Source: Candidatus Micrarchaeota archaeon (GTDB taxonomy: Archaea; Micrarchaeota; Micrarchaeia; Norongarragalinales; SBBD01). From it: a stretch of DNA of 64,000 nt. The notes under the pieces were generated by a model, which saw nothing but the letters and a program-made list of their open reading frames with translations, made no database searches and had not been told where the DNA came from. The stretch spans positions 11,023-75,022 of the forward strand of contig JBBSVW010000073.1 of NCBI GenBank assembly GCA_038046605.1, given 5' to 3'. Shown here piece by piece: positions 59,312-64,000 of the stretch (positions are counted from its first letter, which is position 1; every line of letters begins with the position of its first letter). Position numbers and translations under genes: made by a program.

Positions 59312-59815
59312 ATGGCAAGTGGAAAAAATTCAAATTCAAAGGGGAAAATTGTGGGGATGAAAAAGCTCTCCCAAATTTGCGCCACTTTGCACTCCCGTGG
59401 AAAAACCATTGTCACAACCAATGGCGCTTTCGACATACTGCATATTGGCCATATCCGCTATTTGGAAAAAGCAAAGGCCCTGGGGGATGTCCTAGTTGTT
59501 GGGGTGAATTCGGATTCGAGCGTGAGGCTGCTCAAGGGAACTGGCCGCCCGATAAATGGCCAAAACGAGCGCGCATTGATTGTTGCGGCTCTTGGTTGCG
59601 TTGATTATGTTAGCATCTTCAATGGAAAGCTCCCCCTGGAATTCATTTCCAAGGTTAAGCCCTCTTTGCATGTGAAGGGGGGAGATTATAATTCGGGCAA
59701 GCTGCCTGAAAAAGCGCTCGTCGAATCCCTTGGCGGGTCAATCAAAATTGTTAAGTTTGAACGGGGCTATTCCACAACAAATATCATTGAAAAAATCAAA
59801 AAAGGCAAAAGGTAG
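59312..59815 (+). CDS. Heptose 1-phosphate nucleotidylyltransferase (RfaE domain II / HldC)
   Basis: TNGAFDILHIGH, VGVNSDSSV..LKG..RP, VKGGDY, GYSTT. Confidence 0.92.
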   Translation: MASGKNSNSKGKIVGMKKLSQICATLHSRGKTIVTTNGAFDILHIGHIRYLEKAKALGDVLVVGVNSDSSVRLLKGTGRPINGQNERALIVAALGCVDYVSIFNGKLPLEFISKVKPSLHVKGGDYNSGKLPEKALVESLGGSIKIVKFERGYSTTNIIEKIKKGKR

Positions 59816-59823
59816 GCAAGCGC

Positions 59824-60828
59824 ATGGATCCGCATCAACTGCTAAAATCATTCAAAACCGCCAAAATTTTAGTTATTGGGGATTTGATGCTGGATGAGTA
59901 TGTCCGGGGAGATATTTTGCGAATTTCGCCAGAAGCGCCCGTGCCTGTAATATTGGAAAAATCACATGAATGCACTTTGGGGGGGGCAGCCAATGTTGCG
60001 GCTAATATCCATTCCCTTGGCGGATCAGTTCATATGATTGGCGTAATTGGCGATGACGAGGCAGGGCGGATATTTCTTGGGATTGCAAAAATAAGGGGGC
60101 TTATTGTGAATAACTCAAATCAATCAATTTTCGTGGACAAAATCCGTCCAACCACCAGAAAGTTGCGCATTTATGCAGGCGGAGTCCAAATAGTCCGGGT
60201 GGACTTTGAATCATCAATCCCTATCCCGGCGGAATTGGAAGGGAAAATTCTGGCATCCTTCGAGGCGGGGATTTCCAATGTGGATTGCGTGATAATTTCA
60301 GATTACAATAAGGGTGTAGTAACAAAAAGTCTCGCAAAAAAATGCATCGATATTGCTTCCAATGCCAAAGTCCCGATCTTAATAGACTCTAAAAATTATG
60401 TCACTTACGCTATGAAGGGCGCAACAGTGCTAAAGCCCAACCTCAAGGAGCTTTCAAAGGAAACGGGCCTACCCTGCGGCTCGGATGCGCAAATCGAAAA
60501 GGCGGGTTTTGCGCTTTTTGCAAAACTTTCACCCAAGGCACTCCTTGTAACCGCCGGCGAAAAAGGGATGTTCCTATTCGTTGGGAAAAAAATCACAAGG
60601 ATTCCGGGTATAAAAACTAAGGTTGCCGATGTGAGCGGTGCTGGGGATAGCGTCATATCCGCCATGGCACTAGCTATTGCCTGCAATGCAAGCTTCCATG
60701 AGGCGGCAATTATCGCTAATTATGCTGCAGCAGCTGCCGTTGCCAAGGAAGGCACCGTGGCACCCACAATTGCTGAAATCGAAAGCCTAATATCGGCTAA
60801 AGCCCGACCAAAATTAGTTCGAGGTTAG
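59824..60828 (+). CDS. Heptose 7-phosphate kinase (RfaE domain I / HldA)
   Basis: GDLMLDEY, RISPEAPVPV, GGAANVA, SDYNKG, DVSGAGD. Confidence 0.92.
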   Translation: MDPHQLLKSFKTAKILVIGDLMLDEYVRGDILRISPEAPVPVILEKSHECTLGGAANVAANIHSLGGSVHMIGVIGDDEAGRIFLGIAKIRGLIVNNSNQSIFVDKIRPTTRKLRIYAGGVQIVRVDFESSIPIPAELEGKILASFEAGISNVDCVIISDYNKGVVTKSLAKKCIDIASNAKVPILIDSKNYVTYAMKGATVLKPNLKELSKETGLPCGSDAQIEKAGFALFAKLSPKALLVTAGEKGMFLFVGKKITRIPGIKTKVADVSGAGDSVISAMALAIACNASFHEAAIIANYAAAAAVAKEGTVAPTIAEIESLISAKARPKLVRG

Positions 60829-60841
60829 AAAATCATCCCGT

Positions 60842-61828
60842 TCACTTTGATGATGTCTTGGCCCCCAAGAAACCGGCAAGGAAAAAGAATGAGCGAATCA
60901 TCCTGAAGGGAACCATCAAGAGCGCATGGCCTAAATTTCCACCCATCCTAAGCGAGCGATAAAGTATTATTGCGCCATCAAGCATCGTTGCCAAATAAAA
61001 GATCAATACGGCAAGCAATAGCAAATTGAAGGGCCTAAATAAATAAAGTAAAAACAACGGAAGCCAAAGGGCCCTAGCAACAACTAGTGCCAACCTATAG
61101 ATGTGCCTTTTGGGGTCCGAAATAAATAATGAATAAAACCCTCCGCCCCAGAATTTTGATTGAGCGGCAATTTCCATGAGGGAATCCGGGTCGCGGTGCC
61201 TAAGAATCGCTTTTTTCAAACGCACGACTTTGATGCCGTTTTTCTTAAGCTTATTTACAAGGAGCAAATCCTCCCCATACCTAAACCCCGCCATATAGCC
61301 CCCAAGCCCATCAAAGGCCTTCTTTGTAAAAATATTGGGAAATGCCATTCCCCTGCCCCTTTCCACAAGGTAATCCGATGCCATTGTTTCGTGCTCCCGA
61401 AGGGATGCCCAGAGGCTTTTTGAGGGGAAGGATTTTACATTCGATGCGGCGGCTTCTAAACCCAACGGATGGGCCTTATCTGCATTTCCCCTTGCGAATG
61501 CGCCTGCAATTTCCCTCAGGTAATCCTTGTCAATCACAATGTCCGCGTCAATGAAGGTAACCACCTTCCCACGGGCTAGTGATGCTCCTTGATTTCTCGC
61601 ATTGGCCGCGGATTTGTTGACGCCCTTTTCCTGCGCCAATTTCAAGTTCCTTATTTTTCCCTCAAATTTACTGATTTGCCCTGTAGTGGCATCGGAGGAA
61701 TTGCCATCAATGATGATAGTTTCAAATTTTGCCTGTGGATATGTTTGCGCCTTAATTGCAAAAAGGCATTTTTGGATGTCCCGTTCCTCATTCCTGCATG
61801 CGATGATTATTGAAATTTCAATTGACAT
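60842..61828 (-). CDS. GT2 glycosyltransferase with C-terminal TM helices
   Basis: IIACRNEE, IDGNSSD, ARNQGA, FIDAD, GED. Confidence 0.88.
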   Translation of the reverse strand: MSIEISIIIACRNEERDIQKCLFAIKAQTYPQAKFETIIIDGNSSDATTGQISKFEGKIRNLKLAQEKGVNKSAANARNQGASLARGKVVTFIDADIVIDKDYLREIAGAFARGNADKAHPLGLEAAASNVKSFPSKSLWASLREHETMASDYLVERGRGMAFPNIFTKKAFDGLGGYMAGFRYGEDLLLVNKLKKNGIKVVRLKKAILRHRDPDSLMEIAAQSKFWGGGFYSLFISDPKRHIYRLALVVARALWLPLFLLYLFRPFNLLLLAVLIFYLATMLDGAIILYRSLRMGGNLGHALLMVPFRMIRSFFFLAGFLGAKTSSK

Positions 61829-61910
61829 GTTTTGCAACTCAATTAATTTTTTTAAGAGGATATTGATATTTCGATCCATCAATCTATTTATCCATTCTCC
61901 GTCGTTTGTT

Positions 61911-62981
61911 TCATTTTTGTTTTTCTTCCAGTAATTTTTCATATATTTTGGAATATTGGTGGGCTGCATTTTTCCAGTTGAAGGGTTCGAGGTATTCCTT
62001 TGAATGCTCCTTGATATGGGCTGATTTGAGCTTTAGCGCTTCGTTAGCCGCCCTTTTGAATGATTCGGAATTATCATCAAATACCTTTCCACAACCTGAT
62101 TTAAGTGCGTGCTCGATCATCGCTCCTCGCTTTCTTACGACAAGCGGCTTTCCGCAGGCAAGCGCTTCAATTGCTGGCAGGCAAAATCCCTCATAGGGTG
62201 AACCCGAAACAAAGGCGTCGCAGGCATTATAGTAATCATTGAGTTTTTCCAGGGGAATTTCGCCCAGAATATCTACGTGTCCCAAAAGTTTGCCCCCCTC
62301 AATTTTGCGCCTCATTTCACTTTCGAGAGTTCCCGTTCCCGCAATCATGAGGTGCGCCTTAGGCTTATCTGATAGGTAATCTTCAAACCAGCCAAGCATT
62401 TCCATCCAGCCCTTAACGGGATAGAGATTGCCAACTCCCAGGAATAATGGATGCCCGTGCAATTTCCCAATTTTTACAATTTTTTGATTCTTTGCCTTAT
62501 GGAACAATTTACGGTCCACGCCATTAGGGATCCAAATCGAATGATTAACGCCATATCTTTTCCTGACATCCTCCTGCCCAAATTTTGCAGCGCAAGTTAT
62601 CACATCAAAGCGGGACATCGTTGCCTTGTAAAGGGCTTCTATGGCATATGCCTTGGCATTTTTGACTGCGCCTCCATGCATGCTTGGCGGCGTTTGGCCT
62701 TGGAACGTGAATACGCTTGGCTTTTTTGAAAGAAGTGCTGGCACAACTAGTGTGGATCCGCCCATCACATGTACCACATCGAAACCCTTAAGCGCATTTA
62801 ACATTGCGGATGAATGTGCAGGGAACTCTATTATTTTTGCATCCTTGGATTTCGCGAGAGACTTTTTTGTAACTATGGTGTATTTGACGCCAAAACGCAA
62901 CGCTTCCTTTACCAGGGATCCTACAACAACCCCGATGCCTCCGCCGGTGTACGTTCCAACAACAAGTGCTACCTTGATCAT
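61911..62981 (-). CDS. GT4 glycosyltransferase
   Basis: GGGIG, IPNGVD, VGNLYPVKG, YEGFCLPAIEALACGKP. Confidence 0.9.
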   Translation of the reverse strand: MIKVALVVGTYTGGGIGVVVGSLVKEALRFGVKYTIVTKKSLAKSKDAKIIEFPAHSSAMLNALKGFDVVHVMGGSTLVVPALLSKKPSVFTFQGQTPPSMHGGAVKNAKAYAIEALYKATMSRFDVITCAAKFGQEDVRKRYGVNHSIWIPNGVDRKLFHKAKNQKIVKIGKLHGHPLFLGVGNLYPVKGWMEMLGWFEDYLSDKPKAHLMIAGTGTLESEMRRKIEGGKLLGHVDILGEIPLEKLNDYYNACDAFVSGSPYEGFCLPAIEALACGKPLVVRKRGAMIEHALKSGCGKVFDDNSESFKRAANEALKLKSAHIKEHSKEYLEPFNWKNAAHQYSKIYEKLLEEKQK

Positions 62982-63917
62982 TTAGTGATTTTCCCTGAAC
63001 CATTCAAAAGTAGTGGATAGGCCCTGATCGAAATTGACCCTGGGCTCCCAGCCAAGAAGTTTTTTCGCCTTTGTGGAATCCCCGATGCTTCGCATGAGTT
63101 CGCCAGGCCGTCCATCAATGTGCTCGATAGCTTCACTTGGAGTTTTTCCGGAAAGGGTTGCAATCCTTATTGCGATATCCCCGATGGAAAGGTCCTTTCC
63201 GGTTGCAAGGTTGATTGTTTCCCCATTCGGGACTGATTTTTCAAATGCATCGGCAATGCCCCTTGCGGTATCCTTGACAAAAACATAATCCCTAGTTTGG
63301 AGGCCGCCCCCAAATACCTTCATTCTCTCGCCCCGAAGGACGGATGTTATGAATTTTGGGATGACCGCGCCGAATTTTTCTCCCGACTGGCGCGGGCCAT
63401 ATTGGTTGAACCCCCTAATTATGCGTATCCCCATTTCCGGGTAAGTGGATGCATATGCAAGCACGTAGCGCTCCGCTGCGAATTTGCTCACGGCATATGG
63501 CGATCTGGGATTTAATGGATGATCCTCTGTAGCCAGCCCACTAGGGATATTTCCGTATACTTCGCAGGTGCTCATATGCAGGTACTTTGGTATTCCCTTT
63601 TGCCTAGCCGCCTCCATTACATTGACAGTTCCCCCGACGTTTACGTCAAGGAACCTAAGTGGCTCTTTTATGGATTGGTCCACATTGACAAGGGCAGACA
63701 TGTGGATGATTCCATCGAGCCCTTTGGCGATTTTTTCGGACACTTTTTCCCTATCCGTGATGTCCGCATTGTGGTGGGTGATTTCCCTATGCCCGAGTAT
63801 GTTTTGAAGCTTGCATTCGGGCCTGCTTAGCACTTCCACTTCCGTACCCCTCGAAATCAGCTCGTCCACGACATGGCTCCCTATGAAACCACATCCGCCC
63901 GTCACTAGGATTCTCAT
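62982..63917 (-). CDS. NAD-dependent epimerase/dehydratase (dTDP-glucose 4,6-dehydratase-like)
   Basis: TGGCGFIGSH, STCEVYG, PRSPYAVSK, FNQYGPRQ, TRDYVFV. Confidence 0.88.
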   Translation of the reverse strand: MRILVTGGCGFIGSHVVDELISRGTEVEVLSRPECKLQNILGHREITHHNADITDREKVSEKIAKGLDGIIHMSALVNVDQSIKEPLRFLDVNVGGTVNVMEAARQKGIPKYLHMSTCEVYGNIPSGLATEDHPLNPRSPYAVSKFAAERYVLAYASTYPEMGIRIIRGFNQYGPRQSGEKFGAVIPKFITSVLRGERMKVFGGGLQTRDYVFVKDTARGIADAFEKSVPNGETINLATGKDLSIGDIAIRIATLSGKTPSEAIEHIDGRPGELMRSIGDSTKAKKLLGWEPRVNFDQGLSTTFEWFRENH

Positions 63918-63969
63918 AATACCACGCAATAACAAGAAGATAATTTTTTACCTCTCAAGGCTTTTTAAA

Positions 63970-64000
63970 CGACACCTCTAGGGGGAAGTATCCCCCTACT
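63970..64000 (-). repeat. Inverted copy of the array hairpin (truncated by window end)
   Basis: Reverse complement AGTAGGGGGATACTTCCCCCTAGAGGTGTCG matches 20489-20519 at 29 of 31 positions. Confidence 0.9.

Overview
Archaeal chromosomal window. Deoxyhypusine synthase, Rad50, an archaeal type II/IV secretion ATPase, TATA-like promoters and stand-alone PEP-utiliser proteins suggest a DPANN-type archaeon (inference only). Bases 1-20.4 kb hold mixed housekeeping and membrane genes. One PEP-utiliser gene is split by a complete 1073-bp IS630-family element, and removing the element restores an in-frame 502-aa ORF. From about 21 kb to the window end is a ~43-kb mosaic surface-glycan island: nucleotide-sugar pathways, GT2/GT4/GT-C transferases, GtrA and Wzx flippases, several methyltransferases (two broken) and a four-gene NDP-heptose module. 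The most unusual signal is at 20314-20841. The last ~12-17 codons of the ATPase gene are followed by four more copies that differ mostly at synonymous sites and use all three stop codons. Each extra copy is fused directly to the 3' foot of a structurally conserved, covarying ~38-nt hairpin. An inverted copy of the same hairpin sits 43 kb away at the window's right edge. This looks like the footprint of a hairpin-directed recombination or island-replacement system. No recombinase is visible in the window.
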